Shown in pieces: positions 13,901-26,720 of a stretch of DNA of 64,000 nt. Each line of letters begins with the position of its first letter. The stretch's first letter is position 1. A program made the translations under genes and the position numbers. This stretch comes from Glaucostegus cemiculus (taxonomy: Eukaryota): NCBI GenBank assembly GCA_976551045.1, contig CDPCPM010000274.1, forward strand, positions 372,001 through 436,000, given 5' to 3'. Below the pieces are notes generated by a model. The model was not told the DNA's origin. It did no database searches and saw only the letters and a list, made by a program, of their open reading frames with translations.

Positions 13901-14064
13901 CATTTCTCTGCATGAATGAAAGCGAGTCATTCCTATTGTTCTTGTTCATAAATATATAATTCAATAATAATGATATAAAACTGACCCATTTCTCTGCATG
14001 AATGAAAACGAGGTATTTCTGTTTTTGTTTATAAATATATAATTCAATAATAATGATATAAAAC
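13901..14064. repeat. ~86-bp tandem duplication (2 copies)
   Basis: catttctctgcatgaatgaaa...aaatatataattcaataataatgatataaaac begins at 13901 and again at 13987. Confidence 0.9.
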
Positions 14065-14379
14065 AAAATAGAATATACCTTTATAGCTTTGGAACAGTTT
14101 ATCTATTGGAAAGCAAGGAATACGATTAAAATCGGGCAAATATCATATGTGTAAAAATGACAGCTTCGTAACAGTTATAACTGTCCAAATTATAGAGCTT
14201 ATTGATGTTTTAAAGGCACGTTTGTCGTGGATTTTCATGTGAAATAGTCAAAAATGATTTTAGTCCAATACTTTAAGTGCTCCCTATTTCCAAGGTTTCC
14301 GGTTTCCTTCGGAGGTTCTGTGCTCAAATGAACAGCTGAAAATAGCCAATTCCATTCTCCCACAGCAGGAATGTCTACG

Positions 14380-14690
14380 ATAAAATTTTATGCCTATTGC
14401 CGTCGGAAATGCTCTACGCGGGATTTAGTCTATTGTTGGTTTCAGCCTGCACTGAATACTTCCATGACTAACACGTCTGTTATCACCTCTTCATCAGATT
14501 TTTTCTTTCTCTGTCGAATTGAATGTTGTTTGAGGGTAACGTTAAAGGTGTCCACCCAAGTTCTAAGTGCTAATTCATGCACGGGTGTTTTCCTTTTGTG
14601 ACAGAGACCAGAGCTTCGGCTCCATGTCTTTACACTGGCGGCTACGTGAAAAACTGAGATATTTCATACAATTAATTTCCATAAATCCAC
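14380..14690 (+). pseudogene. Decayed peptide-receptor-like GPCR, TM1-TM3
   Basis: IAVGNAL (TM1), LNTSMTN..SSDFFF (TM2), VFTLAA../RYFI...P (TM3). Confidence 0.5.
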
Positions 14691-14699
14691 AGCAAATGT

Positions 14700-15090
14700 T
14701 GAAATTTTTCAACAGCTTAGAACATGTTTGTAGCGAGGGAAACATAGTTAATGCTTTGGACAGGTCAATGACCAGGACTCGAAAAAATGATACGTTTTGT
14801 GAATCTATCAGAAAACTGTAGATTAAGGAACAGAAGCAAATGTAGTGATACGCGAAATGCAGAAATGACTAAACGGAAAGGGATCCCATCATACAGGCAA
14901 AAAGAAACGTTATACCAGAAAGGAAATGAATCTCCCATTACAACGGGACACGTAAGAGTTATGTTGCATAGAAGTGAGATGTAAAACGTAATTGGAAGGG
15001 AAGAGAAAGTTCATGATGTGTAAGTAATGTCAGAGGCCATTGGAAACTCTAAACTGAATGGAGACTGTATGGCAACGAAGAGAAACAGTT
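14700..15090 (-). pseudogene. Decayed GPCR, TM1-TM3, convergent with the previous remnant
   Basis: SNGL (TM1), TFYISLL..FPFW (TM2), FASV../SDRF (~14800-14840; TM3). Confidence 0.45.
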
Positions 15091-15169
15091 TTAATTTATT
15101 TGCCCTCACCACTAATGAAAAAATATATGCCGCCATCAATGCCATTTGTGAAATATTCTTTAAATATTT

Positions 15170-15650
15170 ACAATTCTATAACCCTTAGTTTTATAATTGT
15201 TCTTCGTGTATGACAAACATATTTGCTTTATCGATACATGCAACGGCAATGAAAGTTTCATTCTAATGTAACAGTGTGACAGTATGGATAAGGGGTTCAC
15301 CGATATTTTGTATAATTAAGCTCAGAAGGACAGCTGAGTTCTAGCCGGCTAGCTGCCATTGTCACTCCTCATTTGATTGATAATAATGTGAAAATTGCAT
15401 GCATATGCTGCTTGTTGACGTTAGCCATTGACTTCTGTTGTAAGCATCACTTTAATGCTGGTTGTAAACAGGATGCCACCTTAATGAAACTTAGATAGAA
15501 ATAAGTTATCTGTGTGCCCAGATAAATTTATTTTATAGCAATGGCATGAAATACATTAACTCTATTCACTCTCCACTTGAAGCAGAATTATAAAGAGATA
15601 CCTCAGCTTTCCTCTTCGTTCATGTGAAAATGATCCCAATGGATTTACCA
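15170..15650 (+). pseudogene. Decayed GPR183/EBI2-like GPCR, TM1-TM4
   Basis: FIIV..NIFAL (TM1), NSVTVW..TDILY (TM2), FD* (FDW with TGA), NAG..LDR..VCP (TM3). Confidence 0.45.
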
Positions 15651-17119
15651 AGGTAAAAGACTTGATCACGGCCGTGAAAATTTAACATCCTGTCTACGCA
15701 GATGATGCCCTGACCTACTAAACATTTTCGTCACTATCTGCTGTGTTTGGTAACAGTGGTCTATCTTCGCTTAATAGTTTAAATTGCAGCATATAGCTGA
15801 TAATGGGAGATCTCTTACAATAATTGAACATGATCTTTCTCATTCGATATTTTATTGAACAGATGAAGCGTGTAAATTCAATGTATGTCTACTACACTAT
15901 GAATAAGCTTTAAAATTTCTACAATCCTAATCAAATTGGACTCTTATTTTCTATTTAACGATCCAAAAAGAATTTTGATGTTTACTGCGACTTATGGCTG
16001 TTTGAAATTCTGACTGATACGTCAGTTTGAAGCGAAATTAATTGAAACCTTAGTTTGACTGTTTTTTAGCTGATTATTTTCTTCCACAAGCACCATTAAC
16101 TTTCCTTCATGTACAATGTAAAATAATGGCGACCTGTCACTGACATGATTAATGTGGTTATGAACTTCCGTTTTATAAGGGATTTCCTTCCTTTGATGGA
16201 ATACATGGCTCTCGACAGTACACCCGAGGAAGCTAACTGTTACTCCTTCTGAACAGCTATCGAATAATGTAATGATAAGCAATCTCGAAATTACCTGACA
16301 CGTTTGTACAAAATTTATTTTCCCAGAACCCACAATTCGATAGAAATTCAAAGGGGGGCAGTGGTAGACAATAGCTTTGCTACCTTGACCTGTGGTGTTG
16401 CACTTTGCACAGATTTTTGCTGATTTTGTCTATGCATTTCAAAACCAAACGGTCGTATAATAATGTGAAACTACTCAGTTTTAAGAACAATGAGAAAATA
16501 TATTTCTGAGTCGGCTTCACTGCATTGTCTTCAGAATTAGAAAATTCTTACTTCGCCTGAACATCCGAAGTCACAATTCGCTTGAACGTGAATGTATGTT
16601 CTGCATTTCAACATGCTGCGAAGACAATATTTCCTCTTGCTAAAACCCAAGAGAAAATAGTCCCTTGAAAGCTAATCTTGGTGGGCTACATATTAATGTT
16701 CCGATTTTCTTCAATTCCTACCTCTGTTCTTATCACCCATTTTTTCCTCTGTTGTGGAAAATAAAAGTATGTTTGAAGTATATTGTCACTTAATTGTTCT
16801 GGTTCAGCATAAGCAATCGGTATAGGATTTGATTTACCCTTTTTGATGGGAAGAGGTTTGACTCAATTTTTTGAAATTAAACTAGCAGGTGGAAATTGGC
16901 AGCTGTAGAGCATAATATCATTGCGTTTTTGTGATATTCACAACCCATTCCTTTTGCCGTTAAGGCAAAACATCTCAAAAATACTGAAACCATGCAGAGA
17001 TAGTTTGTGTGCACAAATACCAACATACATACACACATACGCATATGTTCACACATTTACACACATACACAAAAGGAAATACATACAATCAGCCATGTAA
17101 GCATGTGTACGTACGCGAG

Positions 17120-17144
17120 CACGTGTGTATGTGCCTGCGCGCGC

Positions 17145-17226
<82 letters not shown>

Positions 17227-17232
17227 GTGTGT
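17120..17232. repeat. (TG)n microsatellite preceded by a CA-rich tract
   Basis: Direct observation. Confidence 0.95.
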
Positions 17233-17309
17233 GATCCCAAACAGTTCCCTCGCCAACTGCTACTTCATGAAGAGAATACATGACGGGAAATGCAGAAGAC
17301 AAGCAAAAC

Positions 17310-18000
17310 GTTCATTTAAAAACAGTCAGATAAGCTATAAATGTCACTAATATAGAGAAAAAGAATGATAATGAAGATTGGGTACTTAAATGTGTTATGA
17401 GATTAATGGGAAAAGAATGCTTTGGAGGGCATAATACTGATATCCTTTTCGACTGCACAGTGGAAACTATGATGAAAATAAAATGGGGAACCAAGTCATT
17501 GACTACTTTTAAAATTATCATGCTATGTAGCTTTTCTGCATATTTGATGGAGCGAAAATAATTGAACTTTTGAAAATATGAGTTTGTTGCGACTCTACAG
17601 GCGTCAAAACTCTACGTGACACAACTATTTTAAAGGAAATCATAACTTTATATTGACAGTGGATGATACGTGTGGCCAGTCGGCAATAGCAAAGAACCAC
17701 AATTATAATTCATACAATGAGCAGCTGATTTGGGGGGGGGGGGAGGGTGGTAATAATTCCGCCGAGGCAAACCGATGAAACTACCATAAAATATACCAAG
17801 TATGAATCCTCAGGTGACTGTAACTTGCTTAAAGGCTGTAGGGACAGGTTTTCTGTACATCGTTAAAATACACCTATGAGGGGAACAGGCCTTTTCTTTT
17901 GAGCTCAATCTGACTGTCAAACTATGGTAACGCACGTGATCGTATATGTAGAAACTGATTAAGTAAAATGAATGACTATTTCATTTTACTTAATATCAAC
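17310..18000 (-). pseudogene. Decayed chemokine-receptor-like GPCR
   Basis: MY../NLSL (TM2), MNYNCGSLLL (17684-17713; compare CXCR NFYCGSLLL), HPL, LVPHFIFII (TM5), LSFFFSILVTF (TM6). Confidence 0.45.
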
Positions 18001-18199
18001 GCAGATCATGCTTCAATTTAATGGGAGTACAAATCTGGATGTGATTATAATCTCTGCACGGCCTTGGGAGAGTTAATGGATCAATATTTTAATTTTTAGA
18101 TTTCACCCACACGATAATTTCCAAGAAGTTTGTAATTGTATGGAGGAAAGGCATATATACATGTTAATATTTTTTATGCGTTAATTACAGGCACATTCC

Positions 18200-18950
18200 A
18201 CAACTTAATGCTCCAAAGTATCTTCAGTTGAAAGCACCTACATTTTCATCTTCAATATATTATCTCGATATGAAGTAATCACATGCTTATTGAAAGGAAA
18301 TAAGAATCGCTGATTAGCGAAAACACCTGCGGTTTTCAGACTATCCCTCAGTTTTTCGATTTCTGTAAAAGACAGAAAATTGTTTAATTCTATTAATTAG
18401 TTACCGTTCTCTAATGTCACTGTTGAAGAACATAGTGTCATAACGTTTTGAAATTGACGATACCTTCAGCATGATCATCAACAGTGATTTAACATGCATT
18501 AAAATATTGTGCATTTCATCACTAAATACCGCACAAAAGTAATTACGTATCATTCTCAATTTTCTCTTCTTCTAAATATATTCAATGTTCTCTGTTTTTA
18601 CAAATTTTGAATGGGAACTAAAAGTAATATTTGAATTATGCATAGGATTAGAGCTTGGTCTTCTGGGTTTAATATTATCAGAAGCATGAGAAACAATAGA
18701 ACTTCTACAAGGAGAGGGCATTTTGGGGTATTCGTTGTGAGTACCTCTGTCTTTATTTCTGAGCTCATCTTCGGCTGTAATGAAATATGATATATATTAG
18801 TTACGTTCAGAAGTTGATTCAGTGGGAAAAAACAATAATGAAGCAATCAATATTGTGAAACATTTTTGGTCACAGAAAATTCACGAGTTAAGCTACATTC
18901 GCATAGCTTTGCCATAGTACCGAGCAATGCGTCCGTATTTTGACAGGATG
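18200..18950 (-). pseudogene. Decayed class A GPCR
   Basis: NIDCFIIV (TM1), VTNIYHISL (TM2), LCII, VITFVRYLV (~18520-18546; TM3). Confidence 0.4.
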
Positions 18951-19219
18951 TTATATTTGTACTCGAGAACAAAATAATTTCATTTGCAGGAAAGGAAAAG
19001 TTTGTTGATGCGCACTTAGTAAAAAAAAGCTTCATTTAGCATTTACTAAAGTAATGTAGTTGAGGTGAGAATTTACTTTGCATCCTATGAATGCACTATC
19101 TCTGTTTTGAACTGTTTGGGTAAGTGTTTCTATATTTCAGTTGATATTCTTGGTCAGTTTGGCCTGTTTTTCTCTATTCCTTTTAAATTGTTTTTTCGAC
19201 CTGTTTTCCAATATTCCCT

Positions 19220-20040
19220 TCTTATTTTTGTCACCATTTACGTTATTATCTGCACGCTTAGTTTAAAAATCATTCAAATTCCTCCTCCCGCAGTGCTAAT
19301 GCGACTTGTATTCCTTTTTTTTCCACTTGCTACAATGAAACGGAATTCATTTTATCTCATCATCAGTACAGATATTTGACCAAATTTGGTATAGCAATAT
19401 CATGGCTGGAGTTAGATTGTAAACATTGCCACGCTGAATGTCGTGTTTATTATATTGGAGGTGTTCTCTTCAATTCCTGGGCCATGGCGGTCTCGATATT
19501 CTTTCATGTTTCATGAATTTTACACATCAGTCATATAATCGTCATTATTCTAGTCACTTCACAAGCACATTTGCGCTGCTAAAACTTAACAAGTACAATT
19601 GTACCCAGTGGGGGAAAAAAAAAGTTTCTGTTTATTCTTTAGATTCGACTGCAATCTGCGCCAGACTATCGTTGTTCGTATTCTAGTGTTTTTCTCAGAA
19701 TCTTTCTCAATCATCACTGAAAAATATCAGTTCACACTCTACCTGCAGATTTCAAATATTGCCTGCATCCCTTTCTGCTTCCTTTATATCCCCCCCCCCC
19801 CCCCACCCGATCTGCAATGGACACAAACTCTCCCTTGCATTATGAGAATCTACAAATTTTTTGCAACTGTAAAAGGCTTAAGTTATATCAGTTTATTTTT
19901 TGCCGACTGCATTTTCTGGGGGTGCCTATGGACGGAATGAGAATAACTTCCGAATAATGCTGCTCGCGTACCTCCCTTTGTCGTGTCTGAATATTTTACA
20001 ACAAAGGTTTTCGAAAGAAATGGGAAGGGTTACATTCATC
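19220..20040 (+). pseudogene. Decayed chemokine/peptide-receptor-like GPCR, near full length
   Basis: TIYVIICTLSL (TM1), YLT..IA..TLP (TM2), YW, FMNF/YTSV with a 1-nt deletion (~19510-19532; TM3), AICA (TM4), LLAYLPLSCLN (~19960-19992; TM7). Confidence 0.65.
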
Positions 20041-20329
20041 AACGTGCAAAAATGGTATATTTGCTCTACATATAATCTGTCATCGTTTTTACTGAAACAT
20101 GATCATTTTGATATGTTCATTCAGATATGATTCACTAAAATTAAATGTCTATGGGATATGTGTATGGCCTTGGAGCACTCGCATAAACTCTATATTAATG
20201 GGCTGGAATGTGAAATCGCAGCGAGTTTAAAGAATAAAGCTCTCGATTAATATTTAGCCGCATCGGAAGCTGGAACATGACTATTTCCTTCCTTTGCTGC
20301 TTTCGTGTCAATTCGAGGGATTCTCTGGC

Positions 20330-21080
20330 ATACATTTTATGGAAAGTAATAAAAATGGTCTGCCGCCAGTCAGATTAAAGAACTCAAGTATCTAGAATCA
20401 GAAGAAGCAGTAATTTTGTCAACAGCTTAAAACTTGAGTTGCTCATATAATAATAATTAAGAAAAATGAATTATCACCATTATATCATAAAGAAAAATAA
20501 ATCTCATTATGAATAATTAATGTGAATAGCATTTACCAGTCGCCAGATTCTGTGATTAGAGTAATACACCATAATGAACTGTCATAAGGTCAAGTTACCT
20601 GGTTGCTGTAAATATGCAGTTGTGTATCAGTATAAACTATTCCAGTTTTTGTACGAGCAAGGTTTTAAGGATAGCAGGATAATATAAGATATTACATTTT
20701 TTGCTATTTCGAATCAATCCCAATGAGAATGTTGCAAACAACAGCTATGAAAGGTGTGAAATTTTTGAAAGCCTTGCCTTTGTCACTGCTAAAGAACAAA
20801 CAAAACCTACTGAGCTGCACTAAACGGAGTTGCACGAAATATAGTCGTATACCGAAGAAAACGTGGATGGAAGGTAACGATCGATTGGTCACGAGGATAT
20901 CCGTCTAAATTTAATCCTTCAGTGCATGCATGGGATATTTAAATGTTAAAACTCATTCAGAATGAGATGAGTTGCTGCAAGAGATCGTATTATTATTTGC
21001 AGTTTGAAGCTGATAAGCACATTAAAAATCATTCGAAATTAAGGGTGGCAGGAAATTATTGGAATTATGTTCCAAATACA
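20330..21080 (-). pseudogene. Decayed peptide-receptor-like GPCR with intact DRY
   Basis: IIRSLAATHL..IP (TM2), IDRYL (20871-20885), NVISYIILL...CSY (TM5), MLFTLII (TM6), YMSNSS../YCFF (TM7). Confidence 0.65.
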
Positions 21081-21129
21081 CAAATTGTTGCTCAGTTCAT
21101 AACTTTCTTGAATTAATACCTTTGCTTGC

Positions 21130-21700
21130 AGAACGTAGTTTGTCTTCTGTTGTTGATAAAACAGCAAAGTTTTGAAATATGTTGTGAGCTATTTGTTATG
21201 ACATTGGAAATAAATTTACAATTGGCAGTTTATTTTCAATTCCTTGAAATGCAAATGTTTTCTTTCACCATTTATATTCTCTTTCTTTCAAACAATTTGG
21301 AAATATGAGAGACATTACCACAGCCAAAAGATAATCTTCATAATAAAAGATTAAAAAGAAAGCAGTCGAGATTTGTCGAAACATCCCGAGCAGTTTGTGA
21401 TGACTTGCGGGAAATTAGAAGGTTAATCTCGCGGAATTATGATTCAACAGCAGATCTGTTATAGATAATATTGTGGTTTAAATGTTCACAGATGGGCAGC
21501 TGCAGAGAAGAATGATTAAGAGCGGTGAAAATGGGATACCATGTCAGGCGAAGTAACTACACTGGACGGCAGCTGTGAGCTTTGTGGGCTGGCGAGTGAA
21601 AGGAATGTGGATCATGACATTAGCGCTTGAGGGCAAGAAATAGGCTGTGTCCGGCTGGTCCGAGCTGAGAATTGTCCAAGGCCGATGAGAAGCTTTGCAT
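21130..21700 (-). pseudogene. Decayed PAR/P2Y8-like GPCR, TM1-TM4
   Basis: LGPAGHSL (TM1), LQLPI (TM2), TNLDC..LL../LAVV (TM3), KW*KKTFA (ICL2/TM4). Confidence 0.5.
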
Positions 21701-21799
21701 GATAAAATCTTGTCACCTCAACGATTGTTTTCTACAAATCTTAATACATTGTATTTACTTCTCCTTTATCCATTCCGCTTATTTTAATGTTCAAAAATA

Positions 21800-22480
21800 T
21801 TCGTATAACTTAGTCACACATGATTGCATTTTGTAAAACCACGATAGTTCTCTAGATGTTATTAGGATATTCCAAATATGTTTGTTATTACTTCCTTGGG
21901 ATTCCATTATTTTCCTCAAGTAGATCTCGGTCTAACTGAGTTGTTGCTTCTGTCACTCTCATTTCTTCACGGGCCTATTCCCTCGCATGCAAATGATCCT
22001 TAATTAAATAAGCATGGTCTTCAATATTAGGCTTGGTCTGATCAAGAAAAAATCAGAGAGACAATTTCACAAAACTTTGCGGAGAAAATCCGGAAAGAGC
22101 GGTCCAACCACCAAAAGTAGTAACAGGTAGAGCGAGCGGACCCCGTAGGCCCAATTTTCCTTTCCCGTAAGGATTGAACCTTGGCGATTCCCTCTGCAGA
22201 TAGTTAGTGGTTACTGTCAGGAGGACTTATCGCTTAGGCATTATAAAGTATCCACGTGCTTGGCTACCCAGAGGATAATAAAATTCATGGTGGAAGGAAC
22301 AGAAAGACCACTTGAATGTAGCGTAACGGCAATAGATTAAAATATGGTGATGTAGGCGAAATACTAGTGTCATAAAGGTTTGGAATGTGAAAGAAGATGT
22401 AAACACGAAGCAACGCTTAACAGGAGATAGGTAAAGATCAAGCAATAGAATGAACTGAATATGTGAACTTTAGTGAAAGC
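21800..22480 (-). pseudogene. Decayed class A GPCR
   Basis: DLYL (TM2), KWSFCSF (ECL1), VLLTV (TM3), RGPLA...GWTAL..FSP (TM4). Confidence 0.4.
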
Positions 22481-22639
22481 CTGGAGAATTTAATGTTTTG
22501 TACGTCGAATAAATTGGGTTGGTTTCAATTGAAGTAACTGTACGTTGTCATTGACTTTAAAGAAAATAGAAATTCATAGATATGGAAGTGCGCTGCCCAA
22601 CCATATCTAATATTTTTATGGCATCACAGTAAGATAACT

Positions 22640-23732
22640 TTTACTTTCTTAGTTGAATAAGATAAGTGCGAATTGCTTATAACTAGAGTTAAGCAATTTT
22701 AGCTGCGTTCTTGCTAATCCACCTGCGTATTTCGCCCTGTCGTTTGCTCTTTCTATTTCTGTAATAGAGAAAAAAACAAAACACTCACATCGAGTTCGAA
22801 TCGCTATGTCCCAAATTTCCTTATGAGCTAAGGCCAAGTGTTGCAGGCCACTGTCGTGTCAGTGTATTGCTACGCCGACTTTAAAAACACAATTAGAGAA
22901 ATATAAGTAGCCTTATCATGCTCTATTAATTCAATGCCATCTTTGTTGAGCGATTACGAAGGTGCACAATGGTATGGAATTGTTTCATGTATAGCTGGTA
23001 CTTGTTTAGCACTGTAATATAAAGTCCATATTTCCTGCTGGTGCGGGGTAACAGGATATAACAATAAAAACTAATGTTCCATGTCCTACTTATTCACTTG
23101 TCTCAAAATGGAGGACATTTCCGATATGCTTCTGTTATTGGCGTTGAGTTGAACACACATTATCGGCCAGGTATTACATTTTAAATTTATTTTTTTTAAT
23201 TTTATTGTCAGCGTGGTAACAGGCCCTTTCGGCCCAATGAGTCCGCGCCGCCCATTTTAAATCCCCCAAATTAACCTACCCGTACGTCTTTTAGAATGTG
23301 GGGGGAAACCGGAGCACCCGGAGGAAACCCACGCAGACACGGGAGAACGTACAAACTCCTTACGGTCAGCGACGGGAATCGAACCCCGAACGCTGGCGCT
23401 GTAACAGCGTCGCGTTAACCGTTACGCTATCGTGCCGCCCTAAACCCAACTACATTCATTTGTCCTTGGTTCAATTTTAGGAAGCCTGCGATGCGTCGCC
23501 ATAACATAGTTATTATTTAATGTGCTTATTCTGCACTTTAAGTTGTAATATTTGCATTTATCCATTTCGTTCCTGGAATTGACTGACGTAGTTGTGGCAA
23601 CTTGGGGGTTCCCATGCAGGAATGAAAGTCTGAAGATTGTGGCACCTGTTGCTTTCCTGACTGTGCTTCAACATTGTACTGATCACAGACACAGTAAGTG
23701 AACAGGAAGTTGTAGTAATCATCATCAAACAT
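22640..23732 (-). pseudogene. Decayed GPCR with chemokine-receptor-like N-terminus, split by a SINE
   Basis: MFDDDYYN...C..YNV (acidic/Tyr N-terminus), TIFRLSFLHG (TM1), IAGFL (TM2), SSIL..MEH*FLLLYPV (TM3), LKLLNSS (TM7). Confidence 0.5.
23190..23440 (-). mobile_element. tRNA-derived SINE, HE1/V-SINE type
   Basis: Minus strand gggcggcacgatagcgtaacggtta..ggttcgattccc (A/B boxes), V-domain-like gtgggtttcctccgggtgctccggtttcc, CR1-like tail gggccgaaagggcctgt and an A-rich end. Confidence 0.9.
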
Positions 23733-23779
23733 ACTTAGTTTGTTAGGTTATTAATAACGGTGCAGTTTTAGACGTTTTG

Positions 23780-24760
23780 AATATTTTGAACATTTCTAAC
23801 TGTCCAGTGCATTGAACGTTTCCGTTTTGACAGTTAGGAAAACTAGGACCTGAAGATGCGCTTAGCTTCAATTATTTGTTTCTCTTTTTTGACGATTTAA
23901 GCTTAGCCACGCGAGTCACAACGATCTTTCGAACGCGAGCTCCATTTGGAGAAACGACGTTGGATATATTCAAACCTCGCATTTCAGCATCCAACACTAG
24001 CAAATCGCCGCCAAGTCAGCACATAATTACCTCTGTCTTTCTCTCTCACTTCGTCTTCTGTTGTGACATAGAACAGGAATTGCATTATGATTTGTGGATT
24101 GGATTTCGTTTTCCAGATAGGAAAATATTAACTGGAATAACTGGTGAATGTGGTTTTATAACAGGAAAAAGTAAATGTATTTAGCGTGTTGATACTTGCA
24201 GAAATATATAAATGTTCGACCTTCAGAATCAAAGAAAACAGTTACAAAGAATATTTAAGAATAAACTGCTCTGGGCGAAACCTCGAAGGCCATCAATTCA
24301 GTTTATATAGGAGAAGCTAAAGAAGATGCCAGTGAATAGATTACGTGATGAATGCACCAAAAAAAAAGTAAGAGCAGGCTTTGCGTTTCAAGTCTGTTCC
24401 TTGCGACTGCAGGAGCCTGTTGCAAACCATCAGAAATTGTGTTTTCGTCTACTCTGTGCAGAGTATTTACAAAGTTGATGTGCATCCGAAAGGAGTTGAT
24501 CAGAGAAAAAAAAATCCAAATTGGAAGCCGCTGTGAATGCACTAAGAGGGAAATACAGAATCAGGTGAATTGCAAATAAATCGAATGGTTCAACGTACAT
24601 ATTTAGTGATAATAATAACGAGGCGGAAAGAAACTAAATGTTAAATGCATAAAACAACCGACATCAGCAAGGATATATTTTAATGCGCCGGATTGATTAA
24701 TATATACGTGAATAGTTAGTTTAAATGCTGCTCAGCTGCCATTTGTTTATGAAAAATCAT
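23780..24760 (+). pseudogene. Decayed LPAR6/HCAR-like GPCR
   Basis: ALNV..VRK (TM1), LSLATRV....APFGE (TM2/ECL1), MICG (TM4), KKSK..LF..ACCKPSEI (TM6), SLNAAQLPFVY (~24718-24750; TM7). Confidence 0.55.
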
Positions 24761-25019
24761 AGGGTTTCTCAAGCCTTACATTTTAGAACGATGCCGTTGA
24801 CCATGGAGGGCCAACAGGGATATGTACCATTCTTGCATGGAATGTTCTTGGGGGATGGTCACACGGCTGTTACTGAACGTTTGAAACGATACTGAAACAA
24901 TCAATTAACGTTGTGAACAGGTCTTGCAGTCTAACCTATGCAACAGTTTTTAAAAGATATCGAGCTGCACATGTATGCCACCATTTTGCAATCGGTTATT
25001 TCATGCGCGCGTTCATGTG

Positions 25020-25620
25020 TGTGTGTAGATTACGCAGAGGACAGAAAAGGGATATAGAATCGTAAATGTCCGATTCAGTACAATGCAGAAGAGGATATGA
25101 ATTGATTGGATAGTTCCATACGTCACAGGGAGTGTGAATGGAAAACATTACTGAATGGCAAGAAACCTGTACTGTGCATCAGAAAAGTAATGAGCCAAAC
25201 ATGACGACGATTAAATCGAACAAAGCTGAAAAATTAGGAATAGCGTGAAAATGAGTAAGTAAAGAGTTCAAAACTATAATGAACCTGGGTTCGTGTGAAT
25301 TTGCACAAATATAAGAATTAACACAAAGTTAGCTGAGCAGCTGGGACAGCGTATAATACTGTACTAACAGGAAAATTACAAAATTGGGAAGAAACGATTG
25401 TTCATTCCATTGCAATAAATGCAAATTTAATGTCAGTTGTACCGGAAGTGAGCAAACTACGGTGCTAATTCACAGACACCGAGGTAGAAAGTAATTTGGT
25501 CATATTTTATATCACCACAAAGTCTGGTTAAATAAGAAGTACGTGCGTCTCTATTAACATTGCATGTGTAAAGTTGCTGTGAGGTTTCCATTAAATCCTT
25601 ACTGGCTCTTTGTAGATCAT
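25020..25620 (-). pseudogene. Decayed delta-group GPCR, internally deleted
   Basis: GFNGNLTA (TM1), YLTRLCGD (TM2), FIAME*/NRFFPI (TM3), LITF..GFLPF (TM6), VLN..ILYPF (TM7). Confidence 0.55.
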
Positions 25621-25749
25621 TTCTCAAATTCTCTATTTCTAAAAGTTAGTATAAAATATTGCATCAGTTAAAGACAAAAAAAGTGACATATGTGAATTTC
25701 AAATAAACCACCATCTCATTCTCTTTCTCTCTATCTCCGTTCTCTCTCT

Positions 25750-25909
25750 NNNNNNNNNNNNNNNNNNNNNNNNNNNNNNNNNNNNNNNNNNNNNNNNNNN
25801 NNNNNNNNNNNNNNNNNNNNNNNNNNNNNNNNNNNNNNNNNNNNNNNNNNNNNNNNNNNNNNNNNNNNNNNNNNNNNNNNNNNNNNNNNNNNNNNNNNNN
25901 NNNNNNNNN
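25750..25909. other. Assembly gap (N run) after a (CT)n tract
   Basis: Ns in the sequence. Confidence 1.
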
Positions 25910-25979
25910 GTGAATAAATTTCGATCTCAGCAAATCATCAGTGAGGTTGCGTTTTCACTGTTCAACAGAATTGTATCCA

Positions 25980-26720
25980 CAGACTGATATCGTATAAGTA
26001 TCTTACTGACGTACATAGCTGGTAATTCAAACAACTATGCCAGGATAAAAACGCTGACTTTGCTGATGATTGACCTGCATTCTTTCTAATCAAATCTTTC
26101 CCTGTAATGTAATTGCAAATCATGTTCCAATAACATTTATATCCCTCTATTTGCATTATATACAACTTAAAAACTCGATAAGAATAATCTAATATTATCC
26201 TGTCAGAAGATAACTTGGTGATATAAGACATATAGATTCCAAATGTTGACGGCAAACGATGCCACTTGTTCTGAGCAATATGAAGACATCCCGCACTGAA
26301 TTACTCCGCAAAAGGTTTAATATTTCTGTTTGGTGTTGGAATCACACGGAATGTCAAATGTAGAAAAACGTTTCTGTAAATGATGCATTAAAATATAAAT
26401 CCCTTCTGTATTTTCATAAATAAATGTGTCTGTATGTGCGCGCTGTAATATAAATAGTGAGCAAATGCTTTTCATCTGCACGCCCCTGTCAAATACTTAA
26501 TGATTCCTAATTTATAGTCAGCGTTATAATAAAAAATAAATCCGATGACCTTGATAAAAACTTCAGACAAGCATGAGGTTACCTCCTTTATGGGAATATT
26601 GTTATGAAGGATATGTGAACGGGACCTCAGGTGTCCATTAGCAGCGATGTGATCAAGCAAGCTAAGCAGTTAAGCACGTTCAAAATAAATATTGCCATTT
26701 TCAATTAAGTTTTAACTATT
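25980..26720 (-). pseudogene. Decayed chemokine-receptor-like GPCR
   Basis: FIKVIGFIFYYN../LSI/DR (TM3), KCYW..CN (TM6), AFLSWHSCLN (~26025-26055; chemokine-receptor HSCLNP motif). Confidence 0.6.

Noticed and set aside
17007-17350. CV/HT-repeat ORFs (similar ones at 62916-63288 and 63614-63838)
   Set aside because: Microsatellite translation artefacts.
21120-21310. Plus-strand LSPFIFSFF, TM7-like
   Set aside because: It overlaps a better-supported minus-strand remnant.
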